64,000 bases of DNA from Bacillota bacterium. GTDB taxonomy: Bacteria > Bacillota > Clostridia > Peptostreptococcales > Anaerovoracaceae. Location: contig JAFSCP010000049.1 of the NCBI GenBank assembly GCA_017436705.1, forward strand, positions 9,629-73,628. Direction: 5' to 3'. The notes below the pieces were generated by a model. The model did no database searches. It was not told the origin of the DNA and saw nothing but the letters and a program-made list of their open reading frames with translations. Of this stretch, positions 1 to 9,756 are shown piece after piece; positions within the stretch are counted from its first letter, which is position 1, and each line of letters begins with the position of its first letter. The position numbers and the translations under genes are program-made.

Positions 1-114
1 TCCAACGGCTGCTGCCGCGGCTTGCCACAGGGCAAGCCACAGCAGGCCCACCAGCGCCATCCTCAGGCCTGCGCCGGGGCCGTCTGCATTTTTCTTTTCT
101 TTATTTCCAAACAT
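1..114 (-). CDS. ABC transporter permease, N-terminal fragment (runs off the window)
   Basis: Reverse-strand ATG at 112-114 gives MFGNKEKKNADGPGAGLRMALVGLLWLALWQAAAAAVG. This is a charged head followed by a hydrophobic TM segment. It overlaps the stop of the upstream SBP gene, which is operon-like. Confidence 0.45.
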   Translation of the reverse strand, partial: MFGNKEKKNADGPGAGLRMALVGLLWLALWQAAAAAVG

Positions 115-1111
115 AATATAAATCATCACCAGGAAGCTTGCCGCCTACTGCAGACGGTGCCATTTCAAATAAGGTCTGATTGAAGGTTTTAAGGATTGAA
201 GCCCCAAGCTGTGAGCCTTCTTCTCCCATGTAAAGGACGATATTGCATCCGGGGATTGCAGCCTTTGCAATTTCCGTCTTGCCGATGAATCCTTTTTCTG
301 CAATGAGTGCAGCTGCCTCGTCAGAAGCTTCGTTGACGAAACTTACTGAGTCTGCAAGGTCATTTAACAGAACTTTAAGATCTGCTTCTCTTTCTTCCAC
401 AAATGATTTCTGTGCAACCAGCACGCCCATAGGGAATCCCTGGCCGGTAGCCTCTGTCCACAGGGTGTTCATATCGAAAATTTTTGCAACTGCTGCGTTT
501 CCTGTGCTCAGAGCAGTTGAAACAAAAGGTTCCGGAATCATAGCGATTGTACCGGCTTCGGTCTGCAGCTTAGTGTTTACTTCTGCATGATTTGCCAGCC
601 ATTCTACCTGCACATCTTCGTAAAGCTTAAGTCCTGCGTGTTCAAGAATTTTCTGGAGCGCATATTCAGGTGTTCCTCCCTGGCCGCTGGCAACGACAGT
701 CTTGCCTGCCAGGTCCGCAACTGATGTAATCTGCACATCATTGCCCAGTATGTGAAGCACGCCCAGTGCAACAGGGCTCACTGCTACAACTTTACCTTCG
801 GTCTTGTTGTATAAAACTGCTGCCAGGTTGGAAGGCACTGCAGCCACATCAACTTCTCCGCTGATAATCTTTCCTGTCACGTCTGTAGGTGCCTGGAAAG
901 TTGCGATGTCGTATTTATCAGTCTGGTCCATAAGTTTTACCATGGCCATGCCTGTAGGTCCGTTGAGCGCTGCTACTTTTACAACCTCTGTCACTGTTTC
1001 AGGTACATCGCTGCCTTCATCTTCAGCAGGACCGCAGCCTGCAAACATTGTAAATACCAGCATAAGTGCCAGCCCCACAGCAAGTAATTTCTTAGTCTTT
1101 GATGTCTTCAT
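101..1111 (-). CDS. ABC transporter substrate-binding lipoprotein (NMT1/THI5- or SsuA-like periplasmic binding fold)
   Basis: 336-aa ORF with a lipoprotein signal MKTSKTKKLLAVGLALMLVFTMFAGC. The mature part resembles type-II periplasmic binding proteins, and a permease start follows. Confidence 0.75.
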   Translation of the reverse strand: MKTSKTKKLLAVGLALMLVFTMFAGCGPAEDEGSDVPETVTEVVKVAALNGPTGMAMVKLMDQTDKYDIATFQAPTDVTGKIISGEVDVAAVPSNLAAVLYNKTEGKVVAVSPVALGVLHILGNDVQITSVADLAGKTVVASGQGGTPEYALQKILEHAGLKLYEDVQVEWLANHAEVNTKLQTEAGTIAMIPEPFVSTALSTGNAAVAKIFDMNTLWTEATGQGFPMGVLVAQKSFVEEREADLKVLLNDLADSVSFVNEASDEAAALIAEKGFIGKTEIAKAAIPGCNIVLYMGEEGSQLGASILKTFNQTLFEMAPSAVGGKLPGDDLYYVWK

Positions 1112-1112
1112 T

Positions 1113-1370
1113 TTATTTGTCCTCCTGAGCTTTTGAATATACTGTCTTGGTGCTGACTCCCGGAAGGGCTCCCAGTTTGCCGGAAAGTGCGCTGATCTGA
1201 TTCATCGGTCCGTCCACAGCCACGCTGATGATGGAGATGCCTTTTTTAGGATAAGGCACGCCCATACGCCCGATGATAAATTGTCTGTAGTCGTGAAGAA
1301 GCGAATTGATGCTTTCTGCAGCATCAATATTTTCAACGATTATACTGATTACAGCAACTCTTGTTTCCAT
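1113..1370 (-). CDS. TM1266-like small ACT-fold protein (family annotated as putative iron-only hydrogenase system regulator)
   Basis: Internal start METRVAVISIIVENIDAAESINSLLHDY follows GGAGGG at proper spacing. Size is ~85 aa and the sequence pattern is typical of the TM1266/TIGR03959 family. The longer ORF-track start lies inside a terminator hairpin. Confidence 0.7.
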   Translation of the reverse strand: METRVAVISIIVENIDAAESINSLLHDYRQFIIGRMGVPYPKKGISIISVAVDGPMNQISALSGKLGALPGVSTKTVYSKAQEDK

Positions 1371-1389
1371 ACCGGTCCCTCCTTTCAAC

Positions 1390-1419
1390 AAAAAAGTGCC
1401 TGACAAAAAATGCAGGCAC
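1390..1419 (-). terminator. Intrinsic terminator-like hairpin immediately upstream of the TM1266-like gene RBS
   Basis: Minus strand reads GTGCCTG-cattttttgt-CAGGCAC followed by TTTTTT. It lies ~85 nt after the stop of the WecA-like gene and ~20 nt before the next start codon. Confidence 0.6.
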
Positions 1420-1502
1420 TTCAAGCAAAAAAGCATAAATTCTGATTTAAATTTTTCTTTCAGCCTTTCCCCTCAGGAACTCCTTCGGGAGTCAGTACCT
1501 TT

Positions 1503-2603
1503 TTATATATCGTCTTCCGGTTGTGTGTATTCTTCCACTACCAGCTCAGCCTTCTTCTTGTAGACAGTTTTCTGCTGCTTGATTTTAGGCACTGCGCTGG
1601 TGGCGTCAGTAAGGAAGATGTATATCATTAAAAATGAAATTGCGAAGAGGCCGATGGTTTCAACCCAGAGGCCGCGGCTGTAAGTAACCGCTGCTACACC
1701 CATGATACCGCTTACGCAGTAAAGCATCAGCGTAGCTCTTCTCTGTCCGTAACCCAGACTCATAAGTCTGTGGTGCAGGTGTCCTTTGTCCGCCTCCATG
1801 ATAGGGCGCTTGTTGACCAGTCTTCTGAAAATAGCAAAGGCTGTGTCAAAAATCGGCAGTCCGAGCACCAGAACCGGAATAATCACTGCCACTATGGTCG
1901 CACTCTTTATCGGTCCCAGGATAGACAGGGTCGAAAGCATGAAGCCCAGATACAGCGAGCCTCCGTCTCCCATGAAAATCTTTGCCGGATAAAAGTTGAA
2001 CGGCAGGAAGCCCAGTGCTCCGCCGGCAAGTGCCAGCATTGAACCTGATACCAGATACATGCCGTGAATATAAGCCACATAAGCAATGCACAGTGAAGCG
2101 ATTGCCGATGTGCCTGCAGCCAGACCATCAAGTCCGTCTATCAGGTTGACTGTATTGGTAATTCCCACTATCCAGACAATAGTCACCACAAAGCAGAGGG
2201 CTACCCCGAAATAACTCTTGCCTTCACCGAAGAAATTGGTGATGAATTTAATCCTGATATCAAACATGTACATGATTATTGCGATGGAAATCTGCCCCAT
2301 AAACTTTACTTTTGCAGGGAGATTACGCAGGTCATCAAGAACGCCCAGAATGTAAATCAGCACGCCGCCTACCAGAATTCCGATAATTCTCTGATCAAAA
2401 TTGAGGAAAATTGCCATTGAAACGGTTGAGCCTGTGAATATTGCCAGCCCTCCGAATCTCGGCATTGCCTTGGTATGCATGCGCCTGCCGTCCTTAGGCA
2501 CATCAATGGCACCGATCTTGGGAGCCACTCTGATTGCCACAGGTGTCATGAGCAGTGACAGCACAAAAGATACCAGAAATGTAATCCACAAAGTGTTGTA
2601 CAT
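1503..2603 (-). CDS. Glycosyltransferase family 4, undecaprenyl-phosphate N-acetylhexosamine-1-phosphate transferase (WecA/TagO/MraY-like)
   Basis: 366-aa polytopic membrane protein. The N-terminus LMTPVAIRVAPKIGAIDVPKDGRRMHTKAMPRFGGLAIF and the VNLIDGLDGLA motif are typical of the family. Confidence 0.85.
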   Translation of the reverse strand: MYNTLWITFLVSFVLSLLMTPVAIRVAPKIGAIDVPKDGRRMHTKAMPRFGGLAIFTGSTVSMAIFLNFDQRIIGILVGGVLIYILGVLDDLRNLPAKVKFMGQISIAIIMYMFDIRIKFITNFFGEGKSYFGVALCFVVTIVWIVGITNTVNLIDGLDGLAAGTSAIASLCIAYVAYIHGMYLVSGSMLALAGGALGFLPFNFYPAKIFMGDGGSLYLGFMLSTLSILGPIKSATIVAVIIPVLVLGLPIFDTAFAIFRRLVNKRPIMEADKGHLHHRLMSLGYGQRRATLMLYCVSGIMGVAAVTYSRGLWVETIGLFAISFLMIYIFLTDATSAVPKIKQQKTVYKKKAELVVEEYTQPEDDI

Positions 2604-2608
2604 TTTTA

Positions 2609-3058
2609 CTATTCTCCTATTTTTTCTACTTTAAGTCCTGCTTCGTCCAGGATTTCTACAGCCAGTTCGTCAGGGTATCCTTCCTTGACCACGATGCGCT
2701 TGATTCCCGCGTTTACAATCATCTTGGCGCAGATTACGCATGGCTGGTGTGTTATGTAAATTGTGCCGCCTTCGATGGCATGTCCCATCGATGCAGCCTG
2801 AATGATTGCATTCTGTTCAGCATGAAGCGCTCTGCAGAGTTCATGTCTCTGCCCGGACGGTACTCCCAGCTGCTGGCGCAGGCAGCCGCCCTTTTCTTCG
2901 CAGTGAGCAATGCCCATCGGTGCGCCGTTATATCCTGTTGCAATGGCACGCTTGTCTTTTACGATAACTGCTCCCACATTTCTTCTCATGCAGGTGGATC
3001 TTTTGGCTGTAAGCTCAGCCATCTCCATGAAATACTCGTCCCAGCTAGGTCTGTTCAT
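2609..3058 (-). CDS. comEB: Deoxycytidylate (dCMP) deaminase, ComEB-type
   Basis: 149 aa with zinc-binding deaminase motifs HAEQNAI and [14 protein letters not shown]. Confidence 0.85.
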   Translation of the reverse strand: MNRPSWDEYFMEMAELTAKRSTCMRRNVGAVIVKDKRAIATGYNGAPMGIAHCEEKGGCLRQQLGVPSGQRHELCRALHAEQNAIIQAASMGHAIEGGTIYITHQPCVICAKMIVNAGIKRIVVKEGYPDELAVEILDEAGLKVEKIGE

Positions 3059-3821
3059 AATATACCTCCACTAAATACAGGCCTTCAGCAGGTGCGGTAT
3101 GTCCTGCCTTTCTGCGGTCCAGTCCGTCAATTATTGACGGCAGATCCCCTGCCTGTTTCTTGCCCAGGCCCACCTCAACCAGCGTGCCTGTGATGATTCT
3201 TACCATATTGTAAAGGAAACCGTCTCCGGCCACCTCAATTATAACATTTTCTCCGTCGCGGAATATGTCAAGACTGTGAATTGTTCTGACGGTAGTCTCT
3301 TTTTCTTCACCGCCTGCCGCCTGGAAACACCTGAAATCATGAGTTCCCACGATATGTTCTGCCGCTTCCTTCATGGCTTCCACATCCAGCGGCTGTGCCA
3401 CCTGATAACAATAGTTTCTGCGGAAAATATCTGCATCCGGTGTGTTCCTGACAATGTAGCGGTACTTTTTGCCCCTGCTGTCAAAGCGGGCATGAAAGTC
3501 CTCTGCCACTTCTCTGGCCTCAACGATTCTCACATCGCCCACAGGATGAAGGGAGTGCATGCCGCCGCAGAGCAGGTTGTTCACCACCTTAGGAAGCTTG
3601 TCCACCGGCAGACCCGATGTCATGGTGAATGTTGCCCGCTGACCAAGAGCGTGAACGCCGGCATCAGTGCGGCTTGTGCCGTTGATGGTGATTTCTTCTT
3701 TGCAGGCATAGGAAAGGACTCTTTCCAGTTCGCCCTGCACCGTCCTCACTTCCGGCTGACGCTGCCACCCCTTGAAGCCCGTGCCGTCATATTCAATTGT
3801 CAGCAGAATATTTTTTTTCAT
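3045..3821 (-). CDS. truA: tRNA pseudouridine(38-40) synthase
   Basis: 258 aa. N-terminus [16 protein letters not shown] and the RTDAGVHA catalytic-Asp motif. Confidence 0.9.
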   Translation of the reverse strand: MKKNILLTIEYDGTGFKGWQRQPEVRTVQGELERVLSYACKEEITINGTSRTDAGVHALGQRATFTMTSGLPVDKLPKVVNNLLCGGMHSLHPVGDVRIVEAREVAEDFHARFDSRGKKYRYIVRNTPDADIFRRNYCYQVAQPLDVEAMKEAAEHIVGTHDFRCFQAAGGEEKETTVRTIHSLDIFRDGENVIIEVAGDGFLYNMVRIITGTLVEVGLGKKQAGDLPSIIDGLDRRKAGHTAPAEGLYLVEVYYEQT

Positions 3822-3839
3822 ATTATATCTGGCTGCAGA

Positions 3840-4142
3840 TTACTTCTTTGCCTTCGGCAGTTCAATCTGCTTGTTTTCCTTGGATTCTCTGTAAAGAGTA
3901 AACTTACGGCCGATAGCCTGTACGAACTCTGCTTCCAGCTGCGGAAGAATGTCGTTGGCAACATCCTTTGCTGCCAGTTCGCAGCCTTCCTGAATTTTAA
4001 CTTTTACCAGTTCTCTTGCTTCAAGAGCCTGGTCAATTTCCTTGATAACGTTTTCTGTTACTCCTGCTTTGCCGATGTAAACAACCGGGTCGATGTTGTG
4101 AGCCAGGCTGCGGAGGTAACTTCTCTGTTTGCTTGTAATCAT
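3840..4142 (-). CDS. yhbY: YhbY/CRS1-type ribosome assembly RNA-binding protein
   Basis: 100 aa. MITSKQRSYLRSLAHNIDPVVYIGKAGVTENVIKEIDQALEARELVKVKI matches the CRM-domain pattern. Confidence 0.85.
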   Translation of the reverse strand: MITSKQRSYLRSLAHNIDPVVYIGKAGVTENVIKEIDQALEARELVKVKIQEGCELAAKDVANDILPQLEAEFVQAIGRKFTLYRESKENKQIELPKAKK

Positions 4143-4169
4143 TTATATTCTCTCTTTCTTTGCATCAAT

Positions 4170-4889
4170 TTAAAAATGTATCATTATATTATAACTCATT
4201 TCGTGGAAAATGACTAGATATAAAGTTGCAGAAAGCGCAATATATGGAACCATCGCCCTCTCATCGGACAGTTTCGCTCCGCGCCGTGCCATAAGCCAGA
4301 TAAAATGTCCCGCACTTATAAACGTAGTCAGCACGAAAATCACAAGCACGCCGTCAGTCCCGCAGCACAGTCCCAGCGCAGCGAAAAGCTTCACATCGGC
4401 CCCGCCTACTGCAGGTTTTCTGTATGCAAGCCTGCTGAGCAAAGCGATTACCAGCATGACGCCGCACCCTATCAGTGCGCCCCTGAAACAGTCCATAACA
4501 CCGAATCTGTGGTGAGGAATAAAACCTATTCCTGCTGCCACCAGCATCATAATCAGCTGGTCAGGCACAATCATGTACTTTACGTCCGCAATGGCCATTT
4601 CCAGCAGCAGCCATATTGCACAGACCGCAGGCACTGCAAACAGCGGGTCGCTCATGCCCAGCACAATTCCCACCACAATAAAAAAGCCTGTAAACACATA
4701 CTTCCACGGTGTGCTCCTGACTCTCTGCTTTGTAGGATGCAGCAGTTCCTCATCCGGCTCCTGTCCATAATCACAGAGCCATCTGCCCGGCATCCTGTTG
4801 AAAAAATATACTGCGCCGTTACCCGCAAAAATCCCCGCAGTTATTGCAATGGCGCACGTTATTAAAATTCTTATAACTTCGTTTCCCAT
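4170..4889 (-). CDS. Prepilin (type IV leader) peptidase, A24 family
   Basis: Polytopic membrane protein with the paired conserved Asp regions (IADVKYMIVPD and GGADVKL). The start is moved to the second ATG (MGNEV) because GAAAGGA spacing fits it better than the first ATG. Confidence 0.7.
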   Translation of the reverse strand: MGNEVIRILITCAIAITAGIFAGNGAVYFFNRMPGRWLCDYGQEPDEELLHPTKQRVRSTPWKYVFTGFFIVVGIVLGMSDPLFAVPAVCAIWLLLEMAIADVKYMIVPDQLIMMLVAAGIGFIPHHRFGVMDCFRGALIGCGVMLVIALLSRLAYRKPAVGGADVKLFAALGLCCGTDGVLVIFVLTTFISAGHFIWLMARRGAKLSDERAMVPYIALSATLYLVIFHEMSYNIMIHF

Positions 4890-5038
4890 ACCCCTCATCC
4901 TTTCGGTTACTACACCTTATTTTAACATATTGAACAAAAAATGTACATTTTTTCGTCAATTTTGTCCAATCTTTGCTTGAGAAAAATTCCTACATTATAT
5001 ATAATAGAAAGCGTTGATAAAAACTAGGAGGTATAAAG

Positions 5039-6451
5039 ATGGCATTAGTTAAATTTGACTTTGTCGGCCTCATGCTGAACCCATTCATCCTCATGTTCGT
5101 GACTGCCGCTCTCGGTCTTTTATTCGGAAAAATCAAGTTCGGAAAATTCAGTTTCGGTACATCCGGCACACTTTTCGTGGGTCTTGCAGTAGGTTGGGCA
5201 ATCTACGGCTTCGCTGAAAAAATCTACACAGCAGGCGATGCCACTGCAGCAGGCTTCAAGGCTGCTACACAGATCATGGTTTCAAACGGCGGTAAGGTAG
5301 TAAACAACTACTTCTTCTCCGCAGCGCTTATCATCTTCGTAGCAACAGTAGGTCTTCTCGCTGCAAAAGATATCGGTATCGTTATTAAAAAGTACGGTGC
5401 AAAGTTCATCGTATTAGGTCTCTTAATCACTTTCATCGGTGCAGGCGCAACTTACGCTTGTACAGCATTCGTAAAGGGAACTAACCCATTTGCTGTTACA
5501 GGTGTTTACACAGGTGCTATGACAAGTTCCCCAGGTCTTGCTTCCGCGCTTGAAACTGCTGAAAACCGTGCAACTGAAATGGCAGACGATTACGCTAACC
5601 TTTCCGACAAGGAAAAGGAAATCGTTATCGATGTTCTCAACCTCGACTCCAACTATGCAGATGTAAAGGTTGAAGACGTAACTGAACTCACTGAAGACCA
5701 GAAGCAGGCATACATTAACCAGGCTGCAGGTCAGGTTGGTATCGGTTCCGCAGTTGCGTACCCATTCGGTGTACTCATCGTAATTCTGGCAGTAAACTTC
5801 CTCAACGTAATCTTCAAATTCGACGTTGACGAAGAAAAGCGCCGTTACAGAGAAGAAATGGACGCTGCAAGAAGCTTAAGCGGCGTGAGAGAAGTTCCTA
5901 CAACTCCTTTCAACCTTATTTCCTTCTCCATCGTATGTCTGGTTGGTTACCTTATCGGTTCCATCAAGATTTACATGGGTCCTCTGGGCTATGTAAGCCT
6001 TGAATCCACAGGCGGCGTACTTATCGGTTCCCTCTTACTCGGATACATCGGTAAGATCGGACCTCTCTCCTTCAGAATGGATCCTAAAGTACTTGCTCAG
6101 TTCAGAGAATTCGGTCTCTGCTTCTTCCTTGCAATCGTAGGTATCAACTATGGTTACGGTGCAGTTGACGCAATCCTCAGCTCCGGTGTGGTTCTTGCTC
6201 TTGAATCACTTCTCGTAGGTGCAGTAGCTTGTATGGCTGGTTTCCTTGTTGGACGTTACGTATTCAAGCTCAACTGGATTATCTTATCCGGTGCAATCTG
6301 CGGTGGTATGACTTCCACACCAGGCCTTGGTGCAGCATCCGATGCTGTTGGCAGTGACGACCCAGCTGCAGGTTACGGTGCAACTTATCCGTTCGCACTT
6401 TTCGGCATGGTACTTTTCACAATCATCATGCAGAAACTTCCTTTATTATAA
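5039..6451 (+). CDS. YidE/YbjL-like putative transporter (aspartate:alanine exchanger, AAE family)
   Basis: 470 aa with two homologous multi-TM halves (GTSGTLFVGLAVGW and the SSPGL / TSTPGL repeats) separated by an acidic soluble linker. RBS AGGAGG lies upstream. Confidence 0.7.
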   Translation: MALVKFDFVGLMLNPFILMFVTAALGLLFGKIKFGKFSFGTSGTLFVGLAVGWAIYGFAEKIYTAGDATAAGFKAATQIMVSNGGKVVNNYFFSAALIIFVATVGLLAAKDIGIVIKKYGAKFIVLGLLITFIGAGATYACTAFVKGTNPFAVTGVYTGAMTSSPGLASALETAENRATEMADDYANLSDKEKEIVIDVLNLDSNYADVKVEDVTELTEDQKQAYINQAAGQVGIGSAVAYPFGVLIVILAVNFLNVIFKFDVDEEKRRYREEMDAARSLSGVREVPTTPFNLISFSIVCLVGYLIGSIKIYMGPLGYVSLESTGGVLIGSLLLGYIGKIGPLSFRMDPKVLAQFREFGLCFFLAIVGINYGYGAVDAILSSGVVLALESLLVGAVACMAGFLVGRYVFKLNWIILSGAICGGMTSTPGLGAASDAVGSDDPAAGYGATYPFALFGMVLFTIIMQKLPLL

Positions 6452-6482
6452 GGGCATCAAAAATCACTAGTTTACATATTAA

Positions 6483-6516
6483 CCTGTGTCTGCTAAACTG
6501 TAGACACAGGTTTTTT
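6483..6516 (+). terminator. Rho-independent terminator
   Basis: CCTGTGTCT-gctaaactg-tAGACACAGG followed by TTTTTT. Confidence 0.8.
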
Positions 6517-6564
6517 ATTATTATGCGGTAAGCCCGCAGTAAAAATGAAAGAAGGTATTATTCA

Positions 6565-7332
6565 ATGAAAGTTTTCGAAAACATCAAGTACGGTCCGGCC
6601 GATGAACAGGCTCTGGACCTCTACATCCCTGACGCAGAAGAATTCCCCGTATTCGTGTACCTTCACGGCGGCGGTTTTGAAAACGGCAGCAAAAAAATGG
6701 ACTTTATTCCTGCCCTCTGCGAAAAGGGTGTGGCAGTAGTCAGCGGCGAATACCGCAAATATCCAAACGGCGCCAAGTACCCTGAGTTCCTTGAAGACGC
6801 TGCATCAGTAGTTGCCTGGGCGAAGAAAAATGTCGGCGGCAGCCAGTACGGTAAAGTCACTCATTTCTATGTAGGCGGTAGCAGCGCCGGCGGATACGCG
6901 ACCATGATGCTCTGCTTCAACCCTGCATACCTGGCAGCCCACGGACTTTCCAACGCAGACATCGATGCTTACTACCACGACGCAGGACAGCCGACTGCCC
7001 ACTTCAACGTTCTGAAAGAACGCGGCATTGACGAGCGCCGCATCATCGTAGACGAAAGCGCGCCTCTGTATTATGTTGACGAAACTCCTTATCCTCCTAT
7101 GGAACTGGTAGTTTCCGAACACGACATTTCCAACCGCTACGAACAGATTCAACTCCTCATGGGCACTCTCCGCCACTTCGGCCACGACATGTCCAAAGTC
7201 TTCTACACCTACAAAGAAGGCTGGCACCACTGCAAGTACATGTACGAACCGGGAGACCACGGCAACTGGATCTTTGCTGATATGATTTATGAGTTCATTG
7301 AAAGAATGGAAAAACTTTATGGAATTAAGTAA
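6565..7332 (+). CDS. Alpha/beta hydrolase (esterase/lipase-type)
   Basis: 255 aa with the HGGGF oxyanion-hole motif and a GGSSAGG nucleophile elbow (GxSxG). Confidence 0.8.
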   Translation: MKVFENIKYGPADEQALDLYIPDAEEFPVFVYLHGGGFENGSKKMDFIPALCEKGVAVVSGEYRKYPNGAKYPEFLEDAASVVAWAKKNVGGSQYGKVTHFYVGGSSAGGYATMMLCFNPAYLAAHGLSNADIDAYYHDAGQPTAHFNVLKERGIDERRIIVDESAPLYYVDETPYPPMELVVSEHDISNRYEQIQLLMGTLRHFGHDMSKVFYTYKEGWHHCKYMYEPGDHGNWIFADMIYEFIERMEKLYGIK

Positions 7333-7362
7333 TCTGAAGATGGTGCAGCAATAGTTGTCCGT

Positions 7363-7464
7363 TCAAAAACTAATTTGCGGAAAGTCCGCCAGTTCAACAT
7401 TGCATTTTTTCAATCGCTTTTCTAATTCATTCAATAAAGCTAAAAATTCCGGCCTGTTTTTCAT
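7363..7464 (-). pseudogene. Truncated 5' remnant (33 codons) of the nuclease-like gene found intact at 12289-13092
   Basis: The reverse strand reads AGGAGGaaattact-ATG MKNRPEFLALLNELEKRLKKCNVELADFPQISF*. The first ~25 residues are near-identical to MKNRPEFLILLNELENRLKKCNVEL of the full gene, after which it diverges and stops. Confidence 0.6.
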
Positions 7465-7680
7465 AGTAATTTCCTCCTTTTTCTTCAAACATTGCATTTC
7501 ACCGAGGCATTATGAAAATAAAGCAATGTTTTTGTCGAATATATTGTATAGTAGGGGGAAATTGCTGAAAAAATACAATGTCGGTCTGCAGGAACTGTTA
7601 TAACGATGATTCTCACGCTGAAATATTGTATATTTTCACAGCGTCGGACTTATAATGCAATGTCCGGCTTGCAGACAACC
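7390..7680. repeat. Direct repeat copy A (~290 bp, roughly 90% identical by eye to 13018-13310)
   Basis: Manual alignment. From CAGTTCAACATTGCATTTTTTCAATCG to CAGACAACC the two copies are collinear, with scattered substitutions and about 2 nt of indels. Confidence 0.85.
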
Positions 7681-7699
7681 GCACACACCCGCATACATC

Positions 7700-7727
7700 A
7701 AAAAACCCGTCGACACCGACGGGTTTT
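7700..7727 (-). terminator. Intrinsic terminator (bidirectional shape) downstream of the GNAT gene
   Basis: AAAAAA-CCCGTCG-acac-CGACGGG-TTTT. Confidence 0.7.
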
Positions 7728-7747
7728 GTTGTTTTCGTATTGCCTGT

Positions 7748-8299
7748 TCAATAAGGCAGCTGGTCTTTTATCGCCTCATACTCACCACGGAGCATTGACA
7801 TGAGATGAACATCGTACAGAATACCGTTTTTTCTGCAGTTGTGTCTGAGTATTCCCTCGTATTTTAATCCGAGCCCCAGATAAAGGTCAGCTGCTGGATT
7901 TCCGGTATAATGATCCAGATACATTCTCTGCAGACCGAGGTCATCAAAGAAATGTCTGATCATAGCACACATTGCCTGACAGCCGTAGCCTTTGCCCCTC
8001 AGTCCAGTATCTGCAATATATATTCTCCATAATTCCGCTTTCCAGCCCTCGATGATGTCACCTATCACAATCCTTCCTATTGGTCTGCCATCAGGTTTCA
8101 GTGTGATAGTAAACTGCTCAGCCCCGGGATCCGCAAGATCTGCAAAGAATTTTTTCTTTACATCCTCCATGGACTGATTATCCGGAATGCTGAAGAATTC
8201 TGTAACTGCCGGCTGCAGTTCCCATTCATAGAATGTGGGCAGGTCTGCTTCCGTTGACTCTCTTATTATCAGATCTTTTGTCTCGAATATACTTTTCAT
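7748..8299 (-). CDS. GNAT family N-acetyltransferase (RimJ/RimL-like)
   Basis: MKSIFETKDLIIRESTEADLPTFYEWE and RGKGYGCQAM (acetyl-CoA P-loop-like motif). The start is chosen at the internal ATG, just after the stop of the upstream symporter gene. Confidence 0.8.
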   Translation of the reverse strand: MKSIFETKDLIIRESTEADLPTFYEWELQPAVTEFFSIPDNQSMEDVKKKFFADLADPGAEQFTITLKPDGRPIGRIVIGDIIEGWKAELWRIYIADTGLRGKGYGCQAMCAMIRHFFDDLGLQRMYLDHYTGNPAADLYLGLGLKYEGILRHNCRKNGILYDVHLMSMLRGEYEAIKDQLPY

Positions 8300-8303
8300 G
8301 TCT

Positions 8304-9692
8304 TTACTTTTTCTTTCCTTCCAGTTCAGGGAAATACTTTGGATTATCGTAGAACTCATCGATTTCTACTGTAACCTGTTTGTGCATAATCATTACTGAA
8401 ATTACGTTGATAAATACAACGAATGCCAGGAAGAAGTCAGCCAGGAAGAAGAAGTTTGTCATCTTACCTGCAGCTGCAACGAAAATCATACCAATGTATA
8501 CGATTGTAACAATCTGCATGGATCTCTTGCCATGCTTTGCGCCGCCAAGATATTCTGCTGCCTTGCCGCCGTAGTGAATACCTACAAGAATTGTAGAGAA
8601 AGCAAACAGGAACAGCATTACTGTCATAAATACAGAACCGAGAGTTTCTCCCAGTAAGCTCTGAATTGCAACAGTAGGAGCAGTAGATGCCAGGTCTGGT
8701 GTTACTTCTGTCCATACACCAGTAACCAGAACCAGGAGAGCGGATGTAGTCAGAATGAGGATTGTATCTACAATTACTTCAAATACAGCCCACTGAGCCT
8801 GTCTGCAAGGATGGTCAGTAATTGCTGCTGCATGAGCAATAGTAAATTCGCCGAGACCTGCTTCGTTGGAATAGATTCCTCTTGCCATACCCCATCTCAT
8901 ACCTGCCATTACTCCTGCACCTGCGAAGCCGCCCATTGCAGAAATTGGCGTAAATGCCGATTTACAGATTAATACTATGGATGCTGGTAACTGTGTAATG
9001 TTTAATGCAATAATAATCCATGCAATCAGAAGATAGGAAATTGCCATAAACGGAACCATCGCAGATGCAACCTTGGAAAGTCTCTGGATACCACCGTAGA
9101 TTACCAGTACTACCACAACGGCCATTGCTGCTGCAGTTGCAAATCCTGGGATGCCGATTGTACCGGCAGTATCTACAACAGAACATGTCTGAGTCGGAAC
9201 TGAGAATGCCAGGAAGATAACAAGTGCAATCGCATATGCTTTACCAACCCAAGGTTTATTGAGACCTTTTTCAAGATAATAGAAAGGTCCGCCTACATAT
9301 TCGCCGTCTGAGTTAACGGTTCTGTACTTCATACCAAGAACGGTTTCTGAATACTTCATGCCAAGGCCCAGTAATGCAGCTACCCACATCCAGAAGATAG
9401 CCCCAGGACCGCCCATTGCAATTGCAACAGAAGCACCAAGAATGTTTGATGCGCCTACAGTTGCTGCAAGTGCAGTCATTGCTGCAGCGTAAGAGCTGAC
9501 AGTTCCGTCACCTTCTCCCTTTTGCTTTGTAAGAGAGCCGAAAGTTCCCTTCAGAATTTCTTTCATTCTTCTGAACTGTACGCCTTTTGTCAGAATTGTC
9601 ATTACAAGGAAGCTGCCGAAAAATACAACCAGGATTGGTATACCCCAGATCCAGTTTGTTAATTCACTCATTAATTCAAAAATCTTATCCAT
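8304..9692 (-). CDS. Alanine/glycine:cation symporter (AGCS family)
   Basis: ~460-aa polytopic protein. Hallmark stretches are GPGAIFWMWVAALLGLGMKYSE and RGIYSNEAGLG. The start MDKIFEL is preceded by GGAGG. Confidence 0.9.
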   Translation of the reverse strand: MDKIFELMSELTNWIWGIPILVVFFGSFLVMTILTKGVQFRRMKEILKGTFGSLTKQKGEGDGTVSSYAAAMTALAATVGASNILGASVAIAMGGPGAIFWMWVAALLGLGMKYSETVLGMKYRTVNSDGEYVGGPFYYLEKGLNKPWVGKAYAIALVIFLAFSVPTQTCSVVDTAGTIGIPGFATAAAMAVVVVLVIYGGIQRLSKVASAMVPFMAISYLLIAWIIIALNITQLPASIVLICKSAFTPISAMGGFAGAGVMAGMRWGMARGIYSNEAGLGEFTIAHAAAITDHPCRQAQWAVFEVIVDTILILTTSALLVLVTGVWTEVTPDLASTAPTVAIQSLLGETLGSVFMTVMLFLFAFSTILVGIHYGGKAAEYLGGAKHGKRSMQIVTIVYIGMIFVAAAGKMTNFFFLADFFLAFVVFINVISVMIMHKQVTVEIDEFYDNPKYFPELEGKKK

Positions 9693-9756
9693 AAAAAATC
9701 CTCCATGTATTGTATTTGATATTTGCAAAAACTTACTTCAAATACCTCATTCCCCT

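Noticed and set aside
3276-4217. 313-aa + strand ORF, and similar long antisense ORFs (for example 22588-23295, 31401-32225, 44037-44801, 54618-55289, 57358-57981, 15932-16510, 18737-19270)
   Set aside because: Each lies entirely opposite a gene with clear family motifs. Their translations are Cys/His/Phe/Arg-rich and lack RBSs. These are typical shadow ORFs in moderately GC-rich coding DNA.
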